DNA of 64,000 nt from an uncultured bacterium (GCA_964586775.1 CAZPJD010000225.1:464-64463), one strand, 5' to 3'. Positions 19,399 to 28,244 are shown, counted from the stretch's first letter. A program made the numbers and translations. Notes: generated by a model not told the origin, from the sequence alone.

Positions 19399-19576
19399 CT
19401 GTGCGGAACCCTCGCAGGTCATGTGGCACAGCCGCCCCCGGCGGTGCGGAACCTTTGCGGGTCATGTGGCACAGCCGCCCCCGCGGTGCGGAACCTTTGC
19501 GGGTCATGTGGCACAGCTGCCCCCCGGCTGTGCGGAACTCTTGCGGGTCATTTGGCACAGCCGCCCCCGGCTGTGT
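19399..19576 (+). repeat. Tandem array of four REP elements (about 42-bp units, each with an 8-bp-stem hairpin CACAGCCG-cccc-CGGCTGTG)
   Basis: Four near-identical units of the form ctgtgcggaacc(t/c)ttgcgggtcatgtggcacagccgcccccgg read directly. The array lies immediately 5' of the RAYT gene. Confidence 0.85.
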
Positions 19577-19588
19577 AAAACTCCGTTC

Positions 19589-20089
19589 ATGTCGCAACGT
19601 GAACCCAAAGCCCGATACCGGAGAAACCTTCCGCACATACAGGCTGCCGGAAAGACATTCTTCATCACGTTTCGAACGCGCCGGGATGTCGAATTGCCCG
19701 GGGACGCTCGCTCGCTGGTGCTTCAGCATTGTCTGTACGATCACGGGCGGCGCTACGAACTGATCGCCGCCGTGGTGATGCCGGATCACGTGCATCTCCT
19801 GCTCACGCCGAGACTCGAAGACGCGCTCGCCCCGTTCAGACTCGCCGCCCTCATGTCGGGAATCAAAGGATCGTCGGCACATTCCGTGAACAAAGCCATG
19901 GGACGACGCGGCCCATTGTGGCAGGACGAATCATTCGACCATGTCCTGCGTTCTGACGAAGATGCGCGTCAGGTCGGGGAATACATTTCGCTCAACCCGG
20001 TGCGCAAGGGGCTCGCCGAAACGCCCGAAGGGTATCCATGGCTTTGGCGGCGGTGGGTGGAGGGAGAAAGAGTCCAGCAGGGGCCATGA
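19589..20089 (+). mobile_element. REP-associated tyrosine transposase (RAYT; IS200/IS605 Y1 HuH family)
   Basis: HuH motif PDHVHLLL and catalytic Tyr in EYISLNPVRKG. 166 aa. Flanked by REP repeats in opposite orientations. Confidence 0.85.
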
Positions 20090-20095
20090 GGCAAG

Positions 20096-20201
20096 AGCAC
20101 AGCCGGGGGCGGCTGTGCCACATGTCCCGCTAGGGTCCTTGCCTTTGAATGTGGAACAGGCGCCCTCGCCTGTTCGGCACTCGCACAGCCGGGGGCGACT
20201 G
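20096..20201 (-). repeat. Inverted pair of REP elements 3' of the RAYT gene (reverse-complement of the upstream units)
   Basis: gcacagccgggggcggctgtgccacatg at about 20098 and gcacagccgggggcgactgtgccacatg at about 20172. Both are reverse complements of the upstream REP core. Confidence 0.8.
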
Positions 20202-20220
20202 TGCCACATGATCTTGTTCC

Positions 20221-22560
20221 TCAGATCTCGTACCAGCAGCCGTCGGCGGCGGTCATGAAGGCGTCGTCGTCGCTGTCGAGCTCGCCGGACTGATCGAGGT
20301 CCGCGCCATCGCACCAGCTATTGCCGGCGTCGCACGACGCACCCTCACCGAAGTTCGTCCACGCCGTGTCGAAGTCGGCCTGATCGTCGGCGTCCACATC
20401 GCCGTCGCCGTCGAGGTCGGGCCGCTCGCAACCCAGAACCGCCCACGAGCAGTCGAGCACGGTGGGTTCCATCGCGCAGTTGGGGATCTCGTTCAGATAG
20501 ATCGCCCCGCCGAAGCCCTGGTGCGTGATGTTGGGAATCTCCTCCCAGTCGCCGTCGACGTTGACGACCTCGTAATGATCGCCGTTGCGCTTGATCGGCT
20601 TGTCGGCCTCGGTGGGGAAGCGGTCCCAATAGCGGTCGTAGGTTTCCGGCCGATCGGCGTAGCCGTTCACCTCGGCGAGGATCTGGCTCCACAAATCCGC
20701 GTCGCTCCACAGCGCGCGCGGCGTGCTGTCGCCGCGATTCAGCACGTCCTCGAACACATCCTGATAGCGCTCGGCGCGCACCCAGCCCTGCGGGTCGTAA
20801 TCGGCGTTGCCCACGCCCGCGATGTGCGCGTACTGGGCGACCTTCTGGAGTTCCTCGATCGCCTCGTTCACGTAATTCGATGGCGGCACGGGCTGCGCCT
20901 GCGCCCAGTCGAGCGTGAGCTGCGCGCTGATGCGGTGCAGCTCGGTGATGTGGAAGAGCGCCTCGCGCGCCTCCTGCAGCAGATCGCCCTTGTTGGCGAG
21001 CTGCGCGTAATACACCAGCGCGAAGGCGGCCATCTCGGGCTGGTCGGTCGCGTCGGCGATCTGCATCAGGATGTCGGCCACGCTCGACCCGCCCAGGTTG
21101 ACGGCGATGCGCATGAGGTCTTCGAGCGACTGGCCGAGGATGTTGAGGTTGTAAATGTCGCCCCAGCCGAGGCCGATGTAGGCGTCATCCATGTTTTCGC
21201 AGGTCTTCGTCAGGTTGCCGGGAACCGGGATGCCCAGCGCCTCGAGCAGCATCTTGATCGCGATGATCTCATACGACCCCGGCGTCTCGACGGGCTCCGT
21301 GGGCGAGGTCAGGCCGTCCGCCGACATCGCCTTGGCCATGTACGACATCTGGCAGGAATTCATCGAGCCGAGCCACTCGGGGCCCTCATCCGCGCCGTCG
21401 GGGCGGATTTCGCCGGCGACGATCAGGTGGTCCTCGTCATAGGGCTCGAACTCGCCCACCGTCATCAGGTTGTAGCCCTCGCCGATGGTGCGATCGCCGA
21501 TGCGCTGCCCGGCGGCCCACGCGCGCTCGGCCGAGGCGCGCACGTCGGCGTCGGCGCCGGCGTCGTTCATCGCCTCGAGCGCGGCGAAGTAGCCCACGCC
21601 GAAATCGGGGAAGTTGTCGCGGCTGTTGTGATTGCCCCAGAAGTAGCCCTCGAAGGGCCCGAGCTGGCTGATCATGTACGACGAGCAGCAGTTCGAGATG
21701 CGCAGGTAGTAGGGCATCTCCTCGAAGACGAATGTCACGGCGTAGTCGCCGGGGCGCAGGATCGACTCGATGCGGAAGTAGTGGTCCGTCGGTTCGCCGT
21801 TGATGGCATACACACCATCGGAGAAGAACGCGTTGATGATCTCTTCTTCGAGCGTGGGCGAGTAGTCCTCGGCGGGGTCGATGGGCGCGCCGTCCAGCGT
21901 GCGCGTCACGGTGCCGCCGGGGCCGTCGATGGTGACGGTAAATCCGGTCTGCCACTCGCGGCAGGTGAGACCGTCGATGCCCTGGATTTCCTCGGCGTAG
22001 GCGAGGCCCTCGAACTGGCGGATCGCGGTGAGGGCCAGTTCGCGCGTGCGGAAGATCTTGTAGGCCTGATACGCGTTGAAGGCTGAGAAGCCGATCCAGT
22101 TGTTGTCCACCGGGTGGAGCTGGACTTCGTAGTCGCTGCCGTCCTTGGCGATGTTCGTGTGGCCCAGCGTGTGCGCGGGCACCACGTCGCCGACGAGCAT
22201 GAAGCGGTTGTACGCCTTGAGCGTGCGGCCGATGCGCTCCTTGTAATAGAGCTTGAAGGCGTCGGCCTTCGTGGTCGGATTCACCCACGGATCGAAGGGG
22301 ATGTCGTCGTCGGCGTCGTCGTCCGTCGTATCGTCGTCGGTCGTGTCGTCATCCGAGGTGTCGTCGTCGCCGGTGTCGTCATCCGGCAGCGGGGGGAACG
22401 TGTCGTCGTCGCCCGTGTCGTCGTCCGCGGCGTCGTCATCCGCCGCGTCGTCGTCCGGGGTGATCGTCGTCGGCCCGGAATCGTCGTCGTCATCGCCGCC
22501 GCACCCCGCGACAAACGCCAGAGCCATCACCACCGCCACCGCCCAACCCCACCTGTTCAT
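20221..22560 (-). CDS. Large lipoprotein with poly-Asp N-terminal linker (lipobox VAGCGG then DDDDD...); function unknown
   Basis: Start at MNRWGWAVAVVMALAFVAGC. An acidic tract DDDxxDDD of about 90 aa follows the lipidated Cys. A 650-aa globular domain with no recognised family follows. Confidence 0.6.
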   Translation of the reverse strand: MNRWGWAVAVVMALAFVAGCGGDDDDDSGPTTITPDDDAADDDAADDDTGDDDTFPPLPDDDTGDDDTSDDDTTDDDTTDDDADDDIPFDPWVNPTTKADAFKLYYKERIGRTLKAYNRFMLVGDVVPAHTLGHTNIAKDGSDYEVQLHPVDNNWIGFSAFNAYQAYKIFRTRELALTAIRQFEGLAYAEEIQGIDGLTCREWQTGFTVTIDGPGGTVTRTLDGAPIDPAEDYSPTLEEEIINAFFSDGVYAINGEPTDHYFRIESILRPGDYAVTFVFEEMPYYLRISNCCSSYMISQLGPFEGYFWGNHNSRDNFPDFGVGYFAALEAMNDAGADADVRASAERAWAAGQRIGDRTIGEGYNLMTVGEFEPYDEDHLIVAGEIRPDGADEGPEWLGSMNSCQMSYMAKAMSADGLTSPTEPVETPGSYEIIAIKMLLEALGIPVPGNLTKTCENMDDAYIGLGWGDIYNLNILGQSLEDLMRIAVNLGGSSVADILMQIADATDQPEMAAFALVYYAQLANKGDLLQEAREALFHITELHRISAQLTLDWAQAQPVPPSNYVNEAIEELQKVAQYAHIAGVGNADYDPQGWVRAERYQDVFEDVLNRGDSTPRALWSDADLWSQILAEVNGYADRPETYDRYWDRFPTEADKPIKRNGDHYEVVNVDGDWEEIPNITHQGFGGAIYLNEIPNCAMEPTVLDCSWAVLGCERPDLDGDGDVDADDQADFDTAWTNFGEGASCDAGNSWCDGADLDQSGELDSDDDAFMTAADGCWYEI

Positions 22561-22839
22561 CGCATGTCTCCCGGTACCGAGTCCTTGAGGGATCGACATG
22601 CTACCAGAGTCGCGTCCCGCGCCCAAGGGTCGGTCGGCACACGCCCCAATCCGCTCCTAATGTCCCGCACGCCACGAACAAACCGATCGGTTCTGGATAT
22701 TCTTGTCCGGATAGGGCTCAATGACATCCCTTAGTGATTTTCATTACACGTCGATTTGACCTCGGTCAAAGACGGATGAACCGCGATTCAGTGATAAGAG
22801 GCCGAACGCCGGGCGAACCGGCGCGCGACGGGGGACGCA

Positions 22840-23343
22840 ATGACGCAAGGCGCGGGCACGGCGGACTCGGGAACGGCAAGAGCGGGACGGGTCACTCCGC
22901 TGATGATCGCCGCGATCGCCGCGGCGCTGACCGTGGGCATGGCGGCGGGGCTCGGCGCGTACACGTTTGTTTATGCCAAGGGCTATTCTTACATGGGCAA
23001 TGATCCGGCGTCGTGCGTGAACTGCCACATCATGAAAGACCAGTACGAGGCATGGGCGCGCAGCAGCCATCACGCGGTCGCGACCTGCAACGATTGCCAC
23101 GCGCCGCACGACCTCGTCGGCAAGTATCGTGTCAAGGCGACGAACGGCTATCACCACTCGCTCGCGTTCACGACCGGCGAATTCGCCGATCCGATCCACA
23201 TCAAGCCCGGCAACCGCGCCGTCACCGAGGCGCAGTGCCGTCACTGCCACGCCGACATCGTCCACGGCATCGACACCACGCCCGAGCCCGGCGAGGAGAT
23301 GTCGTGCGTGCGGTGCCACGCGTCGGTGGGGCATCTGCATTAG
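22840..23343 (+). CDS. nrfH: Cytochrome c nitrite reductase small subunit NrfH (NapC/NirT tetrahaem family)
   Basis: N-terminal TM helix. Four CxxCH motifs (CVNCH, CNDCH, CRHCH, CVRCH). 167 aa. Directly upstream of nrfA. Confidence 0.85.
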   Translation: MTQGAGTADSGTARAGRVTPLMIAAIAAALTVGMAAGLGAYTFVYAKGYSYMGNDPASCVNCHIMKDQYEAWARSSHHAVATCNDCHAPHDLVGKYRVKATNGYHHSLAFTTGEFADPIHIKPGNRAVTEAQCRHCHADIVHGIDTTPEPGEEMSCVRCHASVGHLH

Positions 23344-23425
23344 GAATTTCGCGCGGCCGTCGTGCGGTCGCGCCGGGTCTTTCGAGATTGGGTCCTGTAC
23401 GGCTAACCGTCCCGGGGAGGTCCTC

Positions 23426-24940
23426 ATGAGTCCGGAAACCACGAAGAGACGCTGGCTCTCGCTGTTCCTGATGTTCGCCGTCGTCGCGGCGGTCGCCGCT
23501 GGCCTGTCGGCTTACGTGCTCACGAGCGTGATGGAGCACAAGCAGGAGGCGAAAAATCCGTTCTTCCGCGTCGTCGAGATCACCGACGACACGGGAGATC
23601 CGGCGATCTGGGGAAAGAACTTCCCGCTGCACTACGATCGCTATCTGCGCACGGCGGACATGGTGCGTACGCGTCGGGGAGGCAGCGAGGCGTTGCCGCA
23701 CACGCCGACCGACGCCGACCCGCGCAGCGTCGTGACGGTGTCGAAGATCGAGGATGACACGCGCCTGAAGCGGATGTGGGCGGGCTACGCGTTTTCCAAG
23801 GACTTTCGCGAAGAGCGCGGCCACGCCTACATGCTCGAAGACCAGATCTACACCGAGCGCCAGAAAGTCGGCCAGCCGGGCACGTGTCTGAACTGCCACG
23901 CGTCGACGTACCTGATCTACAAAGAGCTGGGCAACGGCGACATCATGGCCGGCTTCGACAAGATGAACTCGATGAAATACGACGAGGCCAAGACCTACGC
24001 CAAGCACCCGGTGGCGTGCATCGATTGCCACGACGCGCAGACCATGCAGCTTCGCATCACGCGCCCGGCGTTTATCGAGGGTATCAAGGCGCTCAAGGCG
24101 TCGCAGGGCGTGGCCGACTACGACGTGAACAAGATGGCGACGCGCCAGGAGATGCGGTCGTTCGTGTGCGGCCAGTGCCACGTCGAGTATTACTTCAAGG
24201 GCACCGAGAAGCGCCTGACCTTCCCGTGGCACGAGGGCGTGGGCGGCGAGGACATCCTCGACTACTACAACGAGCAGGGCTTCAAGGACTGGGTGCATGC
24301 CGACACGGGTGCGCCGATGCTCAAGGCGCAGCACCCCGAGTTCGAGATGTGGAACAAGGGCATTCACTCCAAGGCGGGAGTCACGTGCGCCGACTGCCAC
24401 ATGCCCTACATGCGTGAAGGCGCGATGAAGATCAGTGACCACCACGTGCGCAGCCCGCTGCTCAACATCAACAAGTCGTGCGGCACCTGCCACCGCGCCT
24501 CGGAAGAGGAACTCAAGGCGCGCGCCGAGAACATCCAGGAGACATTCTTTGGCCTGCGCAATCAGGCGATGGACGCGCTGATGGATCTGATCGACGACCT
24601 GAAGGCCGCGAAGGACGCGGGGCGGCCCGACGCCGAACTCGCCGCCGCGCGCGAATTGCAGCGCCGCGCGAGCTTCCTGATCGACTTCTGCGAGGCCGAG
24701 AACTCGACGGGCTTCCACGCGCCGCAGGAATCGACGCGCCTGCTCGGCGTGGCGATCAACTACGCCCGCGACGGCCAGCTCTCCGTGCGCGACCCGAATT
24801 ACAAGCCGAAGACCATCGCGGCGCACGAGGCCGCGATGGCGGCGAAGGCCGCGGCGACGCCCGCCGCCGCTCCAGCCGAGAAAAAGGCCGAGGGCCAGAC
24901 GGCCGCCAACGAGAAATCCCCCGGCGCAAGCGCGCTGTAA
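23426..24940 (+). CDS. nrfA: Cytochrome c nitrite reductase pentahaem catalytic subunit NrfA (CxxCH active-site variant)
   Basis: Five CxxCH motifs (CLNCH, CIDCH, CGQCH, CADCH, CGTCH). No CxxCK motif. N-terminal TM/signal. Conserved NrfA blocks YAFSKDF and HVEYYF. RBS ggggagg upstream. Confidence 0.85.
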   Translation: MSPETTKRRWLSLFLMFAVVAAVAAGLSAYVLTSVMEHKQEAKNPFFRVVEITDDTGDPAIWGKNFPLHYDRYLRTADMVRTRRGGSEALPHTPTDADPRSVVTVSKIEDDTRLKRMWAGYAFSKDFREERGHAYMLEDQIYTERQKVGQPGTCLNCHASTYLIYKELGNGDIMAGFDKMNSMKYDEAKTYAKHPVACIDCHDAQTMQLRITRPAFIEGIKALKASQGVADYDVNKMATRQEMRSFVCGQCHVEYYFKGTEKRLTFPWHEGVGGEDILDYYNEQGFKDWVHADTGAPMLKAQHPEFEMWNKGIHSKAGVTCADCHMPYMREGAMKISDHHVRSPLLNINKSCGTCHRASEEELKARAENIQETFFGLRNQAMDALMDLIDDLKAAKDAGRPDAELAAARELQRRASFLIDFCEAENSTGFHAPQESTRLLGVAINYARDGQLSVRDPNYKPKTIAAHEAAMAAKAAATPAAAPAEKKAEGQTAANEKSPGASAL

Positions 24941-24963
24941 CGAAAGGGACCTCTCCACTGCTG

Positions 24964-25000
24964 CGCGGCGATCGGGAACCCGGTCGCCGCGATTTTTTTT
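24964..25000 (+). terminator. Rho-independent terminator after nrfA (also placed at the 3' end of the convergent protease gene)
   Basis: Stem gcggcgatcggg / ccggtcgccgc with a 3-nt loop, followed by T8 (gatttttttt). Confidence 0.6.
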
Positions 25001-25012
25001 ATGGGCGGGGAC

Positions 25013-27874
25013 TCAACAGCCGCAGCCGTCGTCGTCGTCATCGCCGCCGCCGTCCGCCGCCGACGCGTCGTCGTCCGACGTATCGTCGTCCATCGAATCG
25101 TCGTCGGTGATGTCGTCGTCCGCCGTGTCATCGTCGACCGTGTCGTCGTCGTCGGTGTCGTCGTCCAACGTATCGTCATCCGTCGTGTCGTCATCGACGG
25201 TGTCGTCGTCGACGTCGTCATCCGCGTCGTCGTCGGTATCGTCGTCGCCGGGGATCGTGGTCGTCGTGGTCGATGTCGTGGACGTGGTGGTTGCAGTCGT
25301 GGACGTGGTGGTCGTTGTCGGCGTGCCGGTGCTCGGCCATCCCACGACCTCGATGTTGTCGAGGCCCCAGTACTGCGCGTCGAGCCCCGCGTTCTTGTAA
25401 TAGAAACGCACGAAGACCTGCGGATACAGATCGGCTTCGGGCAGGTCGAAGGTCACCGCGCCCTCCTGATCCGCACCCCAGTTCACCAGATTCGTCCACG
25501 TCACCCCGTCGTAGGACCACGCCACCTGCGCGCGGTCGAGCAGGCCGTGCCGATACTCGTGCCGGAAACGCAGTTCGATGCCCTCGTGGTGCGAGCAGTC
25601 GAGCGCGGGCGTGATGAGCTGTTCGTCGAGACGCTGGAACTCGCCCGTCGTCTCCTTATCCGCGGCGACGAAGCGGTCCATCCAATGCGGCGAGCTGCGC
25701 GATCCCGCGTTGTCGCTGTTCCACGTCACGGTGTTCGATCCGCCGTCCACGATCTGCCAGGGACGCGGCTCGAGATCGAAGTTGTCGAAGAAGATGCGGT
25801 CGGGCCCGGTGGGCGACGCGGTCACCTCCACCGTGTTGCCGTCGCAGTTGCCGAAGGGATCGCACGCGCGCACCACGTAGTACCAATCCGCGCCGTTGGG
25901 CGCCCATTGATCGAGCCAGGGCGACTCGGTCGCGGTGTCGATGGGGTCGTCGAAATCCTGAGCCCCGGACGCGTCCGCGCGGTAGATGCTGTAGACCACC
26001 ACGCCCGTGTCGGCCGCGGGATCCCACGTGATCTCGGCCTCGTTGTCGAGGCCCGTCGCGCCGGTCGCGCCCGCGAATGTCGGCGCGGCGCAGTCGGCGC
26101 TTGCGATTTTCGTCTCGACGACGTTGATGCCGCCCTCGCCGTCGTTGGCGTCGGTGTAGGTGACCGTGATCGTGTCGCCGTTCGCGAGTTGCAGCACGCC
26201 GTCGGCCGCGGGCGCGCCGGTCGCGGTGGCGATCTGGCCGCGGAAGAGGCCGTCCACTTCCGCGTCCTCGGTCAGGGCGAGCGTCTCGCCGCCAGGCTCG
26301 GTCGTGCTCTTCACGTTCACGTTCAGCGTGCCCGACAGATCGCCCTCGGTCACGGTGACGCGCACGACGTCGTCGCACGAGTACAGCGCACGGTCGATGG
26401 AGAGCGTCGCGTTCGACGTGACCATCTCGGCGAGCAGCCACCAGTACGCCTCGACCACGTCGATGCGCCCGCGCCCGTAGACGTTGTCCTCGCCGGCCGC
26501 GCCCAGATCGACGGCGGTCTCGTAGAGCGCCATCTTCACCTGCTCCACCGTCGCCTCGGGAAAAGCGCCGCGCAGCAGGATCGCCGCGCCGGTCACCGCG
26601 GGCGTGGCCATCGAGGTGCCGCTCATGGTGCTGTAGTTGTTGCCCGGCACCGACGACATGACGTTGTCGCCGATCGCCGAAACCTCGGGCTTGAGCGTCA
26701 GATTGTCGCAGCGCGACGGCCCGCGCGACGAAAAACTCGTGATCGTCGTGTTGTCCTGCTTGAGCGCGCCCACCGCAAAGGTGTTGAGCGACGTCGTGAT
26801 GCGATTCCCCGGCGAACGCAGCGATTTCGCCGTGGGTCCCTCGTTGCCCGCCGCGAAGAGCACCACCACGCCCGCGGCCTCGGCCGCGTCGATCGCCGCG
26901 TAAAAGTCGTTCGCGCACGACGGATTCGGGATGCCCCACGAGTTGTTCACCGCGTCGGGCACGTCGTCCACCGTGCCGGGGTTGCCGTCGGGATCCGCCA
27001 TCCACTCGAACGCGCCGATCGCGTCGCTGTAGATGTTGCCGCCGGGTACGTCGATCGTCTTCGCGCCGATCCACTTCGCGCCCGGGGCCATGCCGATCTG
27101 GTGCCCCGCGCCGTCGTCGCCCAGGATCGTGCCGAGGGTGTGCGTGCCGTGCGAGCCGGAGTCCGTCGGGAAGGTCTCGCTGCCGACGGGATCGAACCAC
27201 GCGTGCTCGGGCAGCACGCCGCCGTCGAGCCCGCGCCACCGATCGGCGAACGCGGGGTGCGTGGCATCCGCGCCCGTGTCCTGATCGCAGGCCAGCGCGC
27301 CCGTGCCGTCGTAGCCCATCGCCCACAGCTCCGGCGCGCGCGACGCCGTGATGCTGCCCAATATGCCCGTGGCCACGTCATCGGCGGCGATCGCGTCGCC
27401 CACGGCGACCGGTTCGATCAGCTCCAGCGGCGGATCGAGATAGACATTCGCGATGTCGCGCCGCGCGCGCAGCGTTTCGATGTACGCCGCGTCGGCCTCG
27501 ATCGCGACCGCGTTGGCGATCCAGAATGGACGCACCCGGCGCACCGCCGCCCCCGCGCCCGCGAGCGTGCCCAACAGCGCGCCCTGCGTGGACGCGGCCA
27601 TGTCCTGCAATTCCTCGATGACGAGCGCGTGGCGCTGCGCCCGGGTCAGGCGCGCGTCGTCCATGAACGCGGTGAGCGCGGCCAGATCCACCGATTCGGC
27701 CATCGTGAGGTAGATGTTCAGCGTTTCGCCGGGCGCGGCGGCGGCCAGCACGTCCTCGAGCGCGTCGTCGAAACGCGCGGCGTTCGCGACGGAGGGCGAA
27801 ATCGCGAGAAGAATCAGCAGAGCGACAAAGGAAACATGGCGGGAAAAACGCAACGTGGACATGGCAACTCCCAT
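25013..27874 (-). CDS. Secreted subtilisin-like serine protease (peptidase S8) with C-terminal domains, Thr-rich linker, poly-Asp linker and terminal GCGC
   Basis: Signal peptide. S8 catalytic residues in DxG, HGTHT and GTSMATP contexts. The C-terminus reads TTTTTSTTATTTS...DDDTDDDADDD...DGGGDDDDDGCGC-stop. Confidence 0.8.
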   Translation of the reverse strand: MGVAMSTLRFSRHVSFVALLILLAISPSVANAARFDDALEDVLAAAAPGETLNIYLTMAESVDLAALTAFMDDARLTRAQRHALVIEELQDMAASTQGALLGTLAGAGAAVRRVRPFWIANAVAIEADAAYIETLRARRDIANVYLDPPLELIEPVAVGDAIAADDVATGILGSITASRAPELWAMGYDGTGALACDQDTGADATHPAFADRWRGLDGGVLPEHAWFDPVGSETFPTDSGSHGTHTLGTILGDDGAGHQIGMAPGAKWIGAKTIDVPGGNIYSDAIGAFEWMADPDGNPGTVDDVPDAVNNSWGIPNPSCANDFYAAIDAAEAAGVVVLFAAGNEGPTAKSLRSPGNRITTSLNTFAVGALKQDNTTITSFSSRGPSRCDNLTLKPEVSAIGDNVMSSVPGNNYSTMSGTSMATPAVTGAAILLRGAFPEATVEQVKMALYETAVDLGAAGEDNVYGRGRIDVVEAYWWLLAEMVTSNATLSIDRALYSCDDVVRVTVTEGDLSGTLNVNVKSTTEPGGETLALTEDAEVDGLFRGQIATATGAPAADGVLQLANGDTITVTYTDANDGEGGINVVETKIASADCAAPTFAGATGATGLDNEAEITWDPAADTGVVVYSIYRADASGAQDFDDPIDTATESPWLDQWAPNGADWYYVVRACDPFGNCDGNTVEVTASPTGPDRIFFDNFDLEPRPWQIVDGGSNTVTWNSDNAGSRSSPHWMDRFVAADKETTGEFQRLDEQLITPALDCSHHEGIELRFRHEYRHGLLDRAQVAWSYDGVTWTNLVNWGADQEGAVTFDLPEADLYPQVFVRFYYKNAGLDAQYWGLDNIEVVGWPSTGTPTTTTTSTTATTTSTTSTTTTTIPGDDDTDDDADDDVDDDTVDDDTTDDDTLDDDTDDDDTVDDDTADDDITDDDSMDDDTSDDDASAADGGGDDDDDGCGC

Positions 27875-27967
27875 CGGGACCGGACCCGGCGGGATTCTAG
27901 CGCAATTCGCGGCGGAATTGCAGGGAGGTTGAGGGCGATTTGGTAGCGTGTCAGCGCAGTTCGACGC

Positions 27968-28231
27968 TCACGCGCTTGTCCGCGGCCGTAGCGGAATGAA
28001 GACGACCTCGGACTGCGCGCCGACTTCGGGCTTTTTGGAATGCGGAGGCGGAGCGAGCCCGCGCTCAAACTCGACGATCAGGGTCTCGTTGAGCGCGTCT
28101 TCGGCCATCTCCACGGCGTGCTCGCGCGTTTCGCCGAACGTGTTGATGTGCGGATGGTCGGGAAAAGAGACGATCACCGTTCCGCTTCGCCGGTCTTTCT
28201 TCAGGATCGCGAAGTATCCATCGTTGTCCAT
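27968..28231 (-). CDS. HicB-family antitoxin-like protein (HicB_lk_antitox type), no adjacent HicA
   Basis: 87 aa. N-terminal YFAILKKDRRSGTVIVSFPDHP and helical EHAVEMAEDALNETL match the short HicB-like fold pattern. Flanking intergenic gaps are too small for a hicA. Confidence 0.5.
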   Translation of the reverse strand: MDNDGYFAILKKDRRSGTVIVSFPDHPHINTFGETREHAVEMAEDALNETLIVEFERGLAPPPHSKKPEVGAQSEVVFIPLRPRTSA

Positions 28232-28244
28232 CGCTCACTGATTC

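Noticed and set aside
19386-19576. Tandem direct repeats considered as a CRISPR array
   Set aside because: Units abut or overlap without unique spacers. No cas genes are present. The hairpin-containing units flank a RAYT gene in inverted orientation, which fits a REP array.
15647-19882. 1411-aa ORF on the minus strand spanning the fadI/fadJ region
   Set aside because: It is antisense to two well-supported genes. Its composition is Arg/Ala/Gly-rich low-complexity, typical of stop-free antisense frames in very high-GC DNA.
22281-22514. Short ORFs with TTTRRMTT / SSSVVSSS low-complexity in both strands around 22250-22600, 25000-25400, 30000-30200
   Set aside because: These are alternative-frame readings of (GAC/GAT)n Asp-coding tracts belonging to the real poly-Asp linker regions. 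They are not independent genes.
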